A program made the translations under genes and the position numbers. From NCBI GenBank assembly GCA_951406725.2, contig OX597834.1, positions 28,954,001 to 29,018,000 of the forward strand: 64,000 nt of DNA, in the 5' to 3' direction. This document shows, in pieces, positions 11,833 through 24,917 of the stretch. Numbering within the stretch: position 1 is the first letter of the stretch; each line of letters opens with the position of its first letter. The notes below the pieces were generated by a model that saw nothing but the letters and a program-made list of their open reading frames with translations, was not told where the DNA came from and ran no database searches. This DNA is from Octopus vulgaris. Lineage: Eukaryota.

Positions 11833-12549
11833 TAATCCCTAGTGCTCAACTGGTACTTATTTTATTGACTTTGAAAGGATGGAAGGCTAAGTCAGTCTTG
11901 GCAGAATTCGAACTAAGAATGTGAAGATGTACAAATTGCTACTAAGCATGTTGTCCAGCATGCTAACAATTCTGCCAGTTTGTCACCTTAACAGCAATAA
12001 AATTTGGAAGACATTTTCACCTAAAACTATTGCCTACTCCCTCTTCAGTTCTCTTTCAGTTATAAGGGCCCCTTTAGGACCTTAGCCTTGTGAGTTACAA
12101 GGCAGTCCTCATTAGTGTTGGTAACATGAAAAAAAAAAAAAAAAAGGGACCCATTCATCATCATCATCGTTTCACGTCCATTTTCCATGCTAGCATGAGT
12201 CGAACGGCTCGACCGGGGATCTGGGAAACCAGAAGGCTGCACCAGTCTGATCTGGCAGTGTTTCTACAGCTGGATGCCCTTCCTAATGCCAACCACTCCG
12301 CGAGTGTAGTGGGTGCTTTTTACGTGCCAGGGGAGTCTGGCAGCGGACATGATTGGTTGGTGCTTTTAACATGCCACCGGCACGGAAGCCAGTCAAGGCG
12401 GCGCTGGCATCGGCCATGTTCAGATGGTGCTTTTTACGTGCCACCGGCACAGAGCCAGTATATTCTGAAATGTGATTGGCAGTAGTAAGGACATTTGGCC
12501 ATAAAAACTATGCCAAAGAATGCATTGGAACCTGATGCAGTTCCCTAAC

Positions 12550-12932
12550 TTATCAGAACTTTTTGAAAAACGCTGCTGCCGTGGTGATCTCATTCTCGCC
12601 CACAACATCATAAGCGGAAAGTGTAACCTCTCGAAAGAGCTGTTTTTCATTCCTGATCCAGAGCGTCGGCTGCGGGGTCATTCCGAAAACCTCTACCTGC
12701 GACGATTTCATCTCAATCGAAGGAGAGGAGCTTTCTCCGTCCGGGTTGCGGATCCGTGGAACAAGCTGCCAGACGAGATGGTGAAGATGCCGACGACCGC
12801 TTTGTTCAAAGCCTCCCTTGACCTCAAGTGGCCTGAACTCTTTACATGAACACCACCCTGTACTTAACTCCATGTCCCCCTACATGGCCTTGCTATTTGC
12901 TTTTGAGCCAAATTAACTAACTAACTAACTAA
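12550..12932 (+). mobile_element. CR1-type LINE 3' fragment, second family, (CTAA)n tail
   Basis: Peptide RGDLILAHNII..RLRGHSENL..RRGAFSVRVADPWNKLP..FKASLD, then a short 3' UTR and AACTAACTAACTAAC. Confidence 0.85.
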
Positions 12933-15900
12933 CACATTCCAACATGGAAGCTGGGCATTAAATGATGATGAAACGGGGGAGTCTGGATGAAGTTTTCTCT
13001 CTTCTCACCCAATCACTTTCTCCACCACACACTCAGATAACATCCTTCACATACACACACCTCACATACATGCACACGTTCTCCCTCACACCCACCTACC
13101 CACCCACCAACACTGTCTTCCATTCACATCTCCATGCAACATCACACACACACACACACAAACACATGCTCTATCTACCCCTCCCCTACCCCACCATCTG
13201 CTGTTGCTAATGTAATCCACACCTTAGCAACACAGTATTTGCAGTGAAGTTAAATCCACCCGTGTCAATTATGTAATGTGGACACGGCAGCTCTTACCGT
13301 CATTTGATTACGACGAGAATGATAATGATGTCAATGGTGGCAATGACGACGATGAAGGTAGTAGTGGTGATGGTTATGATGATGGTGCACCACCATTGTA
13401 GTGACGGCGATGATAATGATGATGAAAGTAGTAGTGCCGATGATGATGATGTTAGTGGTGGTGTGAGGATGATGTTAGAGTAAGGGGACAGTAGCAGTGA
13501 AGATGATGAATGACAGTCCAGCTGCTGGATAGCCACCAATTGATCAGTGGTGGTCATGGTGAAGGTAACACTTGGTAAGGATGGCCATTATGATGATGAG
13601 GTGGAGGAGGAGATAATGCTTGTGGTAGGGATAAAACACTAACCACAATGCTTGTGATGAGGTTGACAACGACAAAGATGATTACAGCTTTGACAGTGAC
13701 AACCATGCAAAAAAAAAATTTGATATATTTATAAAGAAACCATGTGTCTGTGTGAACAAACACACACACACACACAGAGGCATACACATGGATGTACAAA
13801 TGTGTATGATTGTACATGTACATCCCTGATGTACATATACAAAAATAATCACACAAACAAACCAATCAAAAATAAAACAAGTGATACTTTGGAAATGTGA
13901 TCTATATAAACAACACTAGGTTTATTAATGCCTGCATGTAAACCTATTTCTTTATTACCCACAAGGGGCTAAACACAGAGGGGACAAACAAGGACAGACA
14001 AACGGATTAAGTCGATTACATCGACCCCAGTGCGTAACTGGTACTTAATTTATCGACCCCGAAAGGATGAAAGGCAAAGTCGACCTCGGCAGAATTTGAA
14101 CTCAGAACGTAGCGGGAGACGAAATACGGCTACGCATTTCGCCCGGCATGCTAACGTTTCTGCCAGCTCGCCGCCTTTTTTCGCCTGCATGTAAACCAAT
14201 GACTGATTGCGTTTGTGTGTGTGTGTAGGCACAAAGGCCCAGTGGTTTCACGGTTTCGATCCCCAGACCAGGCGTTGTGAGTGTTTATTGAGCGAAAGCA
14301 CCTAAAGCTCCACAAGGCTCTGGCAGGGGGTGGTGGCGATCCCTGCTGTACTCTTTCGCCACAACTTTCTCTCACTCTTTCTTCTGTTGGCCTGCTTGCT
14401 TAGCTAGTGGGGTGGCATCATTTGAAGGCTAAATCAATGCAAAGCACATTGTGACCAGCGATGTGTAGCAACATCTGATAGCCTGGTTGGTCATGGTGAT
14501 ATATATATATATATATATATATATCTCATTATGTTAAACCGTTACCCCCTACACATTTCTTTCTCTCTCCAATTTTTCGTTCTCCCTCCATCTTTTTCCC
14601 TTTCATACTTTTCTGTTGAAGAGTGTAGACTCGAAATGTCAAAAACTTTTCCATTTATTCATTTATTTACTTAAATGACAATTACAAGAATATACATACA
14701 TGTATAACATATTATGCTTTACATATAAAATATATTAATATATAAAGATACCAGTAATTATTAAAATATAACATACAGAAATATAAATTGCGAAAATAAC
14801 TTGTTTAAATGCCATGCCTTTGTGCAAGGTTTGATGGCAAACAAAGATGCAAAATACATGCACAGATCCTTACAATCCTAGAACAGAATTTAACCCTGCA
14901 GGCAGTGGCAGAAGGATGTCAAAGAATTATCAACTTGTGGTTGGTGTTAGGACATGTCAAATCAGATTGGAACCTGGTGCAGCTCTCCAGCTTACCAGTT
15001 TCAGTCGAACCATCTAACCCATGCCTGCATGGAAAGCAGATGCTAAATGATGATGATGATGATATATATATATATATATATATATCTTTAATTTATTTAG
15101 GCAAATGCCTCTGAATGCATTCGTAAAAGCTCATATGCTTCTTGTTGTCAGCTACCAACAGTTATACCTCCATATAAATATAGTTGGGTAGGTGTCTTCT
15201 GCTATAGCCCCGAGCCGACCGAAGCTTTATGATTGAATTCGGCAGGCGGAAGTTACTGCCGTGTGTGTATATGTGCGTGTAGGTGCTTGTGCCTCTCCGA
15301 AAGAGAGAGAGAGGGGATAGTTATAAATATATATAACAAAAGTGATTTGTGGATGGAAACATGTCTCAAGGCATTAATGAAGTATAAACATTCACACACA
15401 CACACAACAACAACAATAGCAAGCTTCTTTCAGTTTATATCTACCAAATCCACCCACAAGGCTTTTGTCAGCCCTGAGCTACAGAGGAGGATACTTGCCC
15501 AAGGAACCATGCAGTGGGATTGAACTCTGGACCATGTGGATGGGAAGTAAGTTTCTTTCCACACAGCCACACCTGTGTCTATTCTAATTTACTATATAAA
15601 TAAAACGACCAACTTGTTAATTGGTCATCAAAGCATCTAAATGTGGTGTAAATATTTATTTGTGGTAAATGTTTCACACTTTCTTTGTGCAGTTTATTTA
15701 ATTATATTCACATTATTCCTGTTGTGTAAAGAATATATGCATAGCTAAAACGACTGAACAAGTCATTATATACATTCTCCATGGAAGTATTTCAACTGAA
15801 TGAACAGAATAACTCCATCTGAGTCATACACACACTTATGTATGTGTAAAAGCATGTGTGTTTGTTTGTGTGTGTGTTTGTGTGTGTGTGTGTTTGAGTG

Positions 15901-16129
15901 TGTGTGTGTTTGAGTGTGTGTGTGTGTGTGTGTGTGTATGGCACCTGTGCCGGTGGCACGTAAAAAACACCCACTACACTCACGGAGTGGTTGGCGTTAG
16001 GAAGGGCATCCAGCCATAGAAACATTGCCAGATCAGACTGGGCCTGGTGCAGCCTTCTGGCTTCCCAGACCCCAGTTGAACCGTCCAACCCATGCTAGCA
16101 TGGAAAGCAGATGCTAAACGATGATGATG

Positions 16130-16176
<47 letters not shown>

Positions 16177-16863
16177 TACAAAGTGAGGCACTGCCTTTAG
16201 TCAAATAAATTGACCCCCGGGACTTATTCTTTGTAAGCCTAGTATTTATTCTATTGGTCTCTTTTGCCAAACCGCTAAGTTTCGGGGATGTAAACATACC
16301 AACATCAGTGAGGGAACAAACACAGACACACAAATAAATAAATAGATACATACATACATATAATGGGATTCCTTCAGTTTCTGTCTACCAAATCTACTCA
16401 CAAGGCTTTGGTGAGCCCAAGGCTATAGTACAAGACACTTACCCAAAGTGTCACACAGTGGGACTGAACCTGAAACCAAGTGGTTGGGAAGCAAGCTTCT
16501 TACCACACAGCCATTCCTGTGCCTTATCTATCTATCTATCTATCATATAAATATATGAATGGTCACTCTCAGTAACTGCCTTTAGCTTACGGAGTTCTTG
16601 TTTTTATAACTATCAAAAAGCAGCCAGAAGGATATACATATTGTTGAAAACAAATGATTTTATTGGAGGTCTGTTATCTCCATTCCAGCCCCTGGTGGCC
16701 TAGAAGAGGTTAGAAGGGTCGAGTGGCAAAGACATTATTCTGCTTTGCTCAGCTAAAGATGGTGCTCCAGCATGGCTGCAGTCAAATGACTGAAACAAGT
16801 AAAAGAGTATCTTATCACAATTACTTAATACAAAAAAGTCTACTGGTAACTCTTTCATTAAGA

Positions 16864-17067
16864 ACTCTTTTACTTGTTTCAGTCATTTGACTGTGGCCAT
16901 GCTGGAGCACCGCCTTTAATCGAGCAACTCGACTCCAGGACTTATTCTTTTGTAAGCCCAGTACTTATTCTATCGGTCTCTTTTGCCAAACCGCTAAGTA
17001 ACGGGGACATAAACACACCAGCATCGGTTGTCAAGCAATGCTAGGGGGACAAACACAAACACACACA

Positions 17068-17105
<38 letters not shown>

Positions 17106-17266
17106 TACGACGGGCTTCTTTCAGTTTCCGTCTACCAAATCCACTCACAAGACTTTGGTCGGCCCGAGGCTATAGTAGAAGACACTTGCCCAAGGTGCCA
17201 TGCAGTGGGACTGAACCTGGAACCATGTGGTTGGTAAACAAGCTACTTACCACACAGCCACTCCTG
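16864..17266 (-). mobile_element. SINE family A, full length (another at ~16190-16522)
   Basis: Match to the family A consensus. Confidence 0.9.
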
Positions 17267-17682
17267 AATACAAAATAAAAACACATTTACTGATTAAGAA
17301 AAAAAAAGTAAACGATTTAATCTTTTAGCATTCTGATTATTCTGCCAAAAGCAGTGCTTGTTTAATTAGTTTTGAATTAATCATACTTTATTTCATAACT
17401 CTGAAATTTTTAATGATGTGATTATATATTTTTAATATGACATTGTTGAGTAGATTTGAGAGCATAAAACAATTGGAATATTTGGACTGGAGATGGCTGG
17501 CTCAAATGCTAAAGAGTTAAATGAGAAACTTGTGCCTGGCAACAATGATTACCTTGATTCAAGGAGAGAGTTTTGTTAGCTTCAGCCGTAAATCACCACA
17601 TATTGTAATTTTACGTCTGCTATCCATATTAGGACATTAGAAAAGCAAACAGTCTTCCCACAGTATGCTTGGCTGGAGGGAT

Positions 17683-17980
17683 TCATCATCATCATCATCA
17701 TCATCGTTTAACGTCCGCTTTCCATGCTAGCATGGGTTGGACGGTTCAACTGGGGTCTGGGAAGCCCGAAGGCTGCACCAGGCTCAGTCAGATCTGTTTC
17801 TACAGCTGGATGCCCTTCCTAATGCCAACCACTCCGTGAGTGTAGTGAGTGCTTTTTACGTGCCACCGACACAGGTGCTAGACGAGGCTGGCGAACAGCC
17901 ACGCTCGAATGGTGCTTTTTACGTGCCACTGGGACGGAGGCCAGGCGAGGCTGGCAACGGCCACAATCGGATGGTGTTTA
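17683..17980 (-). mobile_element. RTE-type LINE 3'-UTR fragment ('family C') with (GAT)n tail
   Basis: Same sequence as the segment downstream of the RTE coding remnant at 21486-22340. Copies at ~3641-3890(-), 12155-12450(-), 15938-16130(+), 20053-20295(-), 21290-21480(+), 46370-46560(-), 58567-58720(-) and 60670-61595. Confidence 0.75.
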
Positions 17981-18774
17981 AATTATTGTATACAGTGCTC
18001 AGGTTTGGCTAGGCTGAGTATACATGTTCTATGTTTGCTGTGAAAAAAAGACTTTTACCAAAAGAAAAAAAAATGCGGGTCCTATGTCCTATCACAATTT
18101 TCCTTGCCCCCCCCCCCCCCCACCTTTGGTACATATGTCCCCACATAGGGAATCACTGTTGCAGAGGAATAAGAATAAAATATAGCATTTTCCCATCTCA
18201 TCTCTACTTTCCATAAGTGGAGTCATGCACTTAATCCTAACCAATCTCATCCACTTTTGCCATTGGCTCCTATCTGTGTGACAAGGTCAACAGAACCATC
18301 GCATACAATAATCTTTACAAACTTAGAAGATCTGTGTCACGAACAATGCTCCTCCAACACAATAAAGCTCCATTGCCATTTAATTTGTCTTTTTATTAAT
18401 CCAAAGACTTGCTCCAGCATAATGACCATTGCTCTTCTCAAACCTCGTTTTAAATTAATCAAAATTAATCTTTTTTTTTTTATGTAAAAATGGCTTTTAG
18501 CTAAAGAAGTTTGTATTCTTGCAATTATTCTGACCATTATTTTATTATTTTGAGGAACTGAACTCCAAGAATTAATCAAAGATTGTCAAAGAGACAATGC
18601 AACATCCTATACTTATTATCTCTCTTCTGTTAATATTTCTGGTATTGTTCTGGTCATACAAAGGGAAGAATAGAACAATGTCAGTGGAACTGTGTTAATA
18701 CCATTTTTGTACTTTAGTGTCTTTAGTTCTATTAGTGACTGGACTACTGAACAATGTGAAATTAGGCAGGGTGT

Positions 18775-19120
18775 GGGGGAATGTGATATCTCTATATGGA
18801 AGATGTGACCCCCGCCTCCGGGTGCAAGATGTGACCTCCCCCCCTGGGTGGGGCATGTGATCCCTGGGAGAGGCATGTGGTCTCTGGGAGGAGCATGTGA
18901 TCCTGGAATAGAAGATGTGAACTCTGGGCGAAGGGATGTGCACTTTGGGTAGAGGATATGCTATTCTTGAATGAGAAATGTAATCTGGGGGGGAGGAGGG
19001 ACACACATGAATCCAGGGTAGGACATGTACTGAATCTGGGTGGAAGATGCAACATGCGTTGGTGGGAGATGTAATCCTTGAGTAGCAGACATAATATTTG
19101 GATGGTAGACCTAAGGGGGA
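18775..19120. repeat. Degenerate G-rich minisatellite, ~19-21-bp unit (GAAGATGTGAtcCTGGG-like)
   Basis: ATGTGA/ATGTAA followed by (C)TGGG recurs at roughly 20-bp spacing. Confidence 0.65.
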
Positions 19121-21485
19121 GATGGTGAGAAGTACACTACTAAGGATGGGGGGGGGGGGGGGTGCTTATTTTTAGAAGGACATTGTAGGCTGGATCTGGC
19201 TGGTTTGACCATAAGACATACAGAATATCTGGGTTGGACCTGGCCAGTTTTAATGCTAATGGGTTAATAATGACAGTTATTTTACTAAATTCTTCATTAC
19301 TATAAAAATTAACTGAAACAAAAAACAGTATATTTCAAGAGAGATATGGTAACAAGGCGGTGAGCTGGCAGAAACATTAGCACGCCGGGCGAAATGCTTA
19401 GCTGTATTTCGTCTGCTGCTATGTTTTGAGTTCAAATTCCACCGAGGTCGACTTAGCCTTTCATCCTTTCAAGGTCGATAAATTAAGTACCAGTTACGCA
19501 CTGGAGTCAATGTAATTGACTTAATCTGTTTGTCTGTCCTTGTTTGTCCCCTCTGTGTGTAGCCCCTTGTGGGTTAGCAAAGAAATAGGTATTTCGTCTG
19601 CCGTTACGTTCTGAGTTCAAATTCCGCCGAGATCGACTTTGCCTTTCATCCTTTCGGGGTCGATTAAATAAGTACCAGTTACACACTGGAGTCGATATAA
19701 TCAACTTAATCTGTTTGTCTGTCCTTGTTTGTCCCCTCTGTGTGTAGCCCCTTGTGGGCAGTAAAGAAATAAGAAATATGGTAACTAAAGAGTTAAAGTG
19801 ATCTAAACTGAAACCTTCCATCAAAATTTCAAGTTGATTTGTGTTGAACAACAGTTTGATAATGACATTAACTAAATTCTTTATTATTCTAAAAATTAAC
19901 TGAAACAAAGGCAGAAGATTTCAACAGAATTTCCTTTTAATTTATGTTCCCTTTGTTTAAGTAATACCAAAGTTATTTTATTAAACTTTTCATTATTTTC
20001 AAAATTATCTGAAACACCAGCAGTGTATTTCAACAGAAAGAAGGTAATAACTCATCATCATCATCATCATCATTGTTTAACGTCCGCTTTCCATGCTGGC
20101 ATGGGTTGGATGGTTCAACTGGGGTCTGTGAAGCCAGAAGGCTGCACCAGGCCCAGTCTGATCTGGCAATGTTTCTACAGCTGGATGCCCTTCCTAACGC
20201 CAACCACTCCGTGAGTGTAGTGGGTGCTTTTTACGTGCCACCAGCACAGGTGCCAGACGATACTGGCAAACGGCCACGATCGGATGGTGCTTTTAATAAC
20301 CATTTTCATTGATTGATTGATTGATTCTAGTTTCAGCTCATGAGCTGTGGCCATGCTGGGGCACCGCCATTTAAATTAGATTGGTGTTCAGTTATATCGA
20401 ACAGGCTGCTAACCGACAACTATTCACAGGCGCGATCCCACTACTGCTCGACACGGGGCCTTTTGCCTGCTGCGTTTCCGCCCTGGGCCGAAGCGACCCT
20501 CCTTAGACAACCTGGTCCTGATGAGCTCCCTCTCCAGCACCATATTGATGCCGAGCTTAGCGCGGACACCCGATCGCCATAGAAGACCGACTACCAAGAC
20601 TCCCATCCTCAAACCGGCCAACCAACCAAGCCTCCGAGTAGCTAGATTACAGGAGCACGCCACAACTCCCATTATTTGTTTTTAATAATGATGAGAATAA
20701 CTGGTTCTCCTGTATGCACAATCTCAAGATGAGGTGGGGTTTAATTGACAATACTGAGACCAGTACTAAAAGAAAAAAGAAAGAACCCTGCTTACTACAT
20801 AATGTGCACCGTTGTTAGGCAAAAGATGAAATGCCTTTGATCAGAGGTCTACCCTATCAGGAGTGACCTAGGATTAAATAACAAGTGGACATATGACATT
20901 TGTAGATATAACCTATCTTGCTGATAGTGCTTCATAACTGATAAATGATCTGTAATATAAACATAGTTAATTATCTAATGATTTATTTATTTATTTATTT
21001 AATTATTTATGCATGTATGAATACAGACACACATACAGATAAATATGTAGTGCAGTTAAGTAGCAGAGAGGGTACTTAAAATACCTTTCTTGATACGAAA
21101 TTACAAGCATAAAAGCATAGTGCATTGTAATCTATACTAATTTATATCTGTGTTGCCTAGCAAAGGAGAGGTACAGGAGTTTGATTGCCTAGTGATAGAT
21201 GCAGGGTTCAACTTCTAGCTTTAGACCTACTGTTTCTCATATCAAACTAAAGCACCAACTGATTGTGGTTGTTGCCAACCTCCCCTAGCCCCTGTGCCGG
21301 TGGCACGTAAAAAGCACCCACTACACTCTCGGAGTGGTTGGCGTTAGGAAGGGCATCCAGCTGTAGAAACACTGCCAGATCAGACTGGAGCCTGGTGCAG
21401 TCTTCTGGCTTCCCAGACCCCAGTCAAACTGTCCAACCCATGTCAGCATGGAAAATGGATGTTGAACGATGGTGATGATGATATG

Positions 21486-22340
21486 AAGCTAGCACGCTCT
21501 GCTGGATGTGCAATGTCGGTGTGCAGTGTGTCTTAAGAGAAAAACTGGGCATCAGATGTAGTGTGCAAGAGAGAAGACTGTGCTGGTATGGTCATGTGAT
21601 GTGTATGGATGAGGACAGCTGTGTAAAGAAGTGCCAATCTGTGGAGGGAACCTGTGGAAGAGATAGACCCAGAAATGTGTGTACAAGGTGGTAAAATATG
21701 ATTTTTGGTTGTTGAGTTTTACAAAGGCAATGACATGTGACCAAGACCTCTGGTAATTTACTGTGCTTCAGAAGGGAAGATACTTCAAGCTAAGTAAAAT
21801 CATGGTTGTGACCAGTGTGAGTGACATGTAAAAGGCACCGGTGCTGGTGAGATGTGCAAAGGCACTTGTGCCAGTGACGTGCGCAAAGACACATAGAAAG
21901 GCACCTGTGTTATTGACATAAAGGAAGCACCTGTGTTGGTGACATAAAGGAGGCACCTGTGCTGGTGACACATAAAGAGGCACCTGTGCCAGTGACATGT
22001 GCAAAGACACATAGAAAGGCACCTGTGTTGGTGACACATAAAAAAGGCAACTGTGTTGGTGACATAAAAGAAGCACCTGTGTTGGTGACATAAAAGAGGC
22101 ACCTGTGCCAGTGACACATAAAGAAGGCATCCATGCCAGTGACACATAAGGAGGCACCTGTGCTAGTGACACATAAAAAAGGCACACATGCCAGTGCTTT
22201 GCAAAAAAGCACTCAGCACAGTCTATAGAATGGTTGGTGTTAGGAAGGGCATCGAGTCATAAAGACCAAGCCAAAACAAACTGGACCCTGGTGCAGCTCT
22301 CCAGCTTACTAGCTCCAGTCAAACCATCTAACCTATTCCA
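21486..22340 (+). mobile_element. RTE LINE 3' remnant: ORF C-terminus plus 3' UTR with an internal tandem array
   Basis: LREKLGIR..VQERRLCWYGHVM..EGTCGRDRPR matches the RTE RLRWxGHVxR..GxRxRGRP motif. Array of ~24-27-bp GGCACCTGTGYTGGTGACAC/ATAAAA units at ~21825-22200. A similar coding remnant lies at ~53230-53460. Confidence 0.8.
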
Positions 22341-22879
22341 GCATAACACACACACATACACTATAAAGAACTATGCTTCTTAACCACATAGTCTCAGGTT
22401 CAATTTACTGTGTGACATACTGGGCAAGTATTTTCTACTATAGCCCTAGGTAGACTGTATCCTTGTGAGTACATTTGGCAGGTGGAAGCTGAAAAAAACT
22501 TGTTGTGTGTGTCCATGTTTTGACATCATGAGATAGTTGTAAACAGGTGTCACTGTTACACGGTGTCATTCCTTTCCAATTTTCTATGAAAACATACCTG
22601 GCCATGGGGGAATATTAGCTTGCTTGATAATAGATAAGGGCTGGTAACAAGAAGGGCATCCAGCCATAGGAAATCTGTCTGAACTCTGCTAGCATAGAAA
22701 AGTGGACAGGTACAGTTGTGTGGTAAGAAGTTTCTGGGCGAGCTGGCAGAAACGTTAGCATGCCGGGCGAAATGCTTGGTGGTATTTCGTCTACCATTAT
22801 GTTCTGAGTTCAAATTCCGCCGAGGTCGACTTTGCCTTTCATCCTTTCGGGGTCGATAAATTAAGTACCAGTTACTCAC

Positions 22880-23018
22880 TAGGACGCTCAGGAAGGAAGG
22901 GAAGAAGGAGGGTTTTACGTTTCGAGCGGAGCTCTTAGTCAGAAACATAGGAAAAGGAAAGATCCAGAGAAGGGAAGACAGAGGAAAGAAAATCACCAAC
23001 GGTACACACGCGGTCACG
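22880..23018 (-). mobile_element. Penelope-type short element with minimal hammerhead-like motif (copy of 32245-32450)
   Basis: Near-identical to 32307-32446. Minus strand contains gtttCTGACTAagagctccgctcGAAAcgTAaaac. Confidence 0.55.
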
Positions 23019-23853
23019 TATGTATGTATGTATCTATATCTGTGTGTGTGTGTCTGTGTCTGTGTTTGCCCCCACCCCACCCCCTGCTTGACAACTGGTG
23101 TTGGTGTGTTTACATCCCTGTATCTTACTGGTTTGATAAAAGAGATCAATAGAATAAGCACTAGGCTATGAAAAATAAGCCCAAGGATCAATCTGTTCGA
23201 CTAAAACCCTGCAAGCGGTGCTCCAGTATGGGTGTGCAGTCATGTGACTGAAACAAGTAAAAAAAAAAAAAAGGAATATATATATTTGGGGGTGGTCATT
23301 TTTTTTTGCCAATAGATCAAAAGCCACAACAGGCACTGATGTCGCAATTAGCCAGTGAACTTGTTAAAGAAACATACATTAGCAACAGAAAAAGAAATTC
23401 TTTATTTGTTTCAGACATTTGACTGCAGCCATGCTGGAGCACCACCTTTAATCGAGCAAAATCAACCCCCAGGGCTTATTCTTTGTAAGCCTAGTACATC
23501 ACACAACCATAAGCATGTTTCCAGCAGCATATTTTATTTAAAACTTGTTTTATTAAATATCCTAAATGAAACTAGTTATTTTTCTGTGCATGAATTACCA
23601 TCTATTTTTAAACCTGTCCATCAACCTTTGAGAGAACACTGTCGTTGGGCAACTATGAAATGCGGTACCATGAGAATGGGAGAGATCTTCATTGCTGGTG
23701 GTATGCAGGAAATAAAAGGAAACTCTTACAATTTATTGTTAATCTTAGACGCCCATATTTTGTATAGATACATATGTACAACACATGTAAGTAGATAAAC
23801 AAACATATACAGATACATTCACACAAACATGTATGTATGTCTATGAATATATA

Positions 23854-24222
23854 TCTCTCTCTATATAAACGGCAGTTTGTCTGTGTGTCTGTTAGGTTGT
23901 ACCCTCACCCTGACCACGGCTTTCAACCGATTCTGATGAAACTTGATACACACATAGCCCAATGTCATAATTCAAAACTAACGCAGCGAAAATTTTGAAA
24001 AGTTCGCCCAGTTCTGAAAAAAATCTATAAATTCGACATGGGGTCGAGAATCAGAAACACAAACCACAGACTGTCTAGGGGGCGCAACTCGACCTTTTTA
24101 ACTCAAAAAAATTTACCATAATTTTTTCCCCATTTTTTTGCTATTTTTTGGCTATATCTCTCTAAAAATGCTTTATAGTTATTTCCCTTACAAACCCGAG
24201 CAACGCCGGGTGATACTGCTAG
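23854..24222 (+). mobile_element. Non-autonomous Helitron
   Basis: Starts A|TC and ends with subterminal hairpin CCCGAGCAACGCCGGG, short spacer and CTAG|T. No TSD. The 3' ~70 bp are shared with 62196-62657 and 62778-63287. Confidence 0.8.
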
Positions 24223-24685
24223 TATATATATAAAGGCGGCGAGTTGGCAGAAACATTAGCACGCCGGGCGAAGTGCGTAGCCGTATTTCGTCTGTCTTTA
24301 CGTTCCGAGTTCAAATTCCGCCGAGGTCGACTTTCATCCTTTCGGGGGTCGATAAATTAAGTACCAGTTACGCACTGGGGTCGATGGAATCGACTTAATC
24401 CGTTTGCCCGTCCTTGTTTGTCCCCTCTGTGTTTAGCCCCTTGTGGGTAGTAAAGAAATATATATATATATATTCTTTTATTCTTTTACTTGATTCAGAC
24501 ACCCGACTGCAGCCATGCTGCAGCATTGCCTTGAAATTAAGCAATCAACTCCAAGACTTATTTTTTAAGCCTAGTTACTTGTTCTATCTGTCTCTTTTAC
24601 CAAACTGCTAAGTTACAGGGACATAAATACCTTGAAGGGTTATCAAATTATTAAGCGGTGATGGGGGGGGTCAAACACAAAGACA

Positions 24686-24733
<48 letters not shown>

Positions 24734-24736
<3 letters not shown>

Positions 24737-24917
24737 GAATGGTTGTATACTGTCAATCTAACAAGAACGTGACAGTAGGGGGTACACCACCGCTGTATAG
24801 CCCTAGGAAGCATCGAACGCCTCCTGATGGCTTTGACACATTTTTCCCTGTGTCCTTATATACATATACGAAGGGGTGTCACGTTCTTGTTAGATTGACA
24901 GTATACAACCATTCTAT
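24734..24917. repeat. Perfect 41-bp inverted repeat flanking ~100 bp
   Basis: ATAGAATGGTTGTATACTGTCAATCTAACAAGAACGTGACA (24734-24774) has its reverse complement at 24877-24917. Confidence 0.9.

Noticed and set aside
21825-22200. CRISPR-like appearance of short repeats
   Set aside because: Units are adjacent without unique spacers, lie within a LINE 3' UTR, and no cas genes are present; eukaryotic context.
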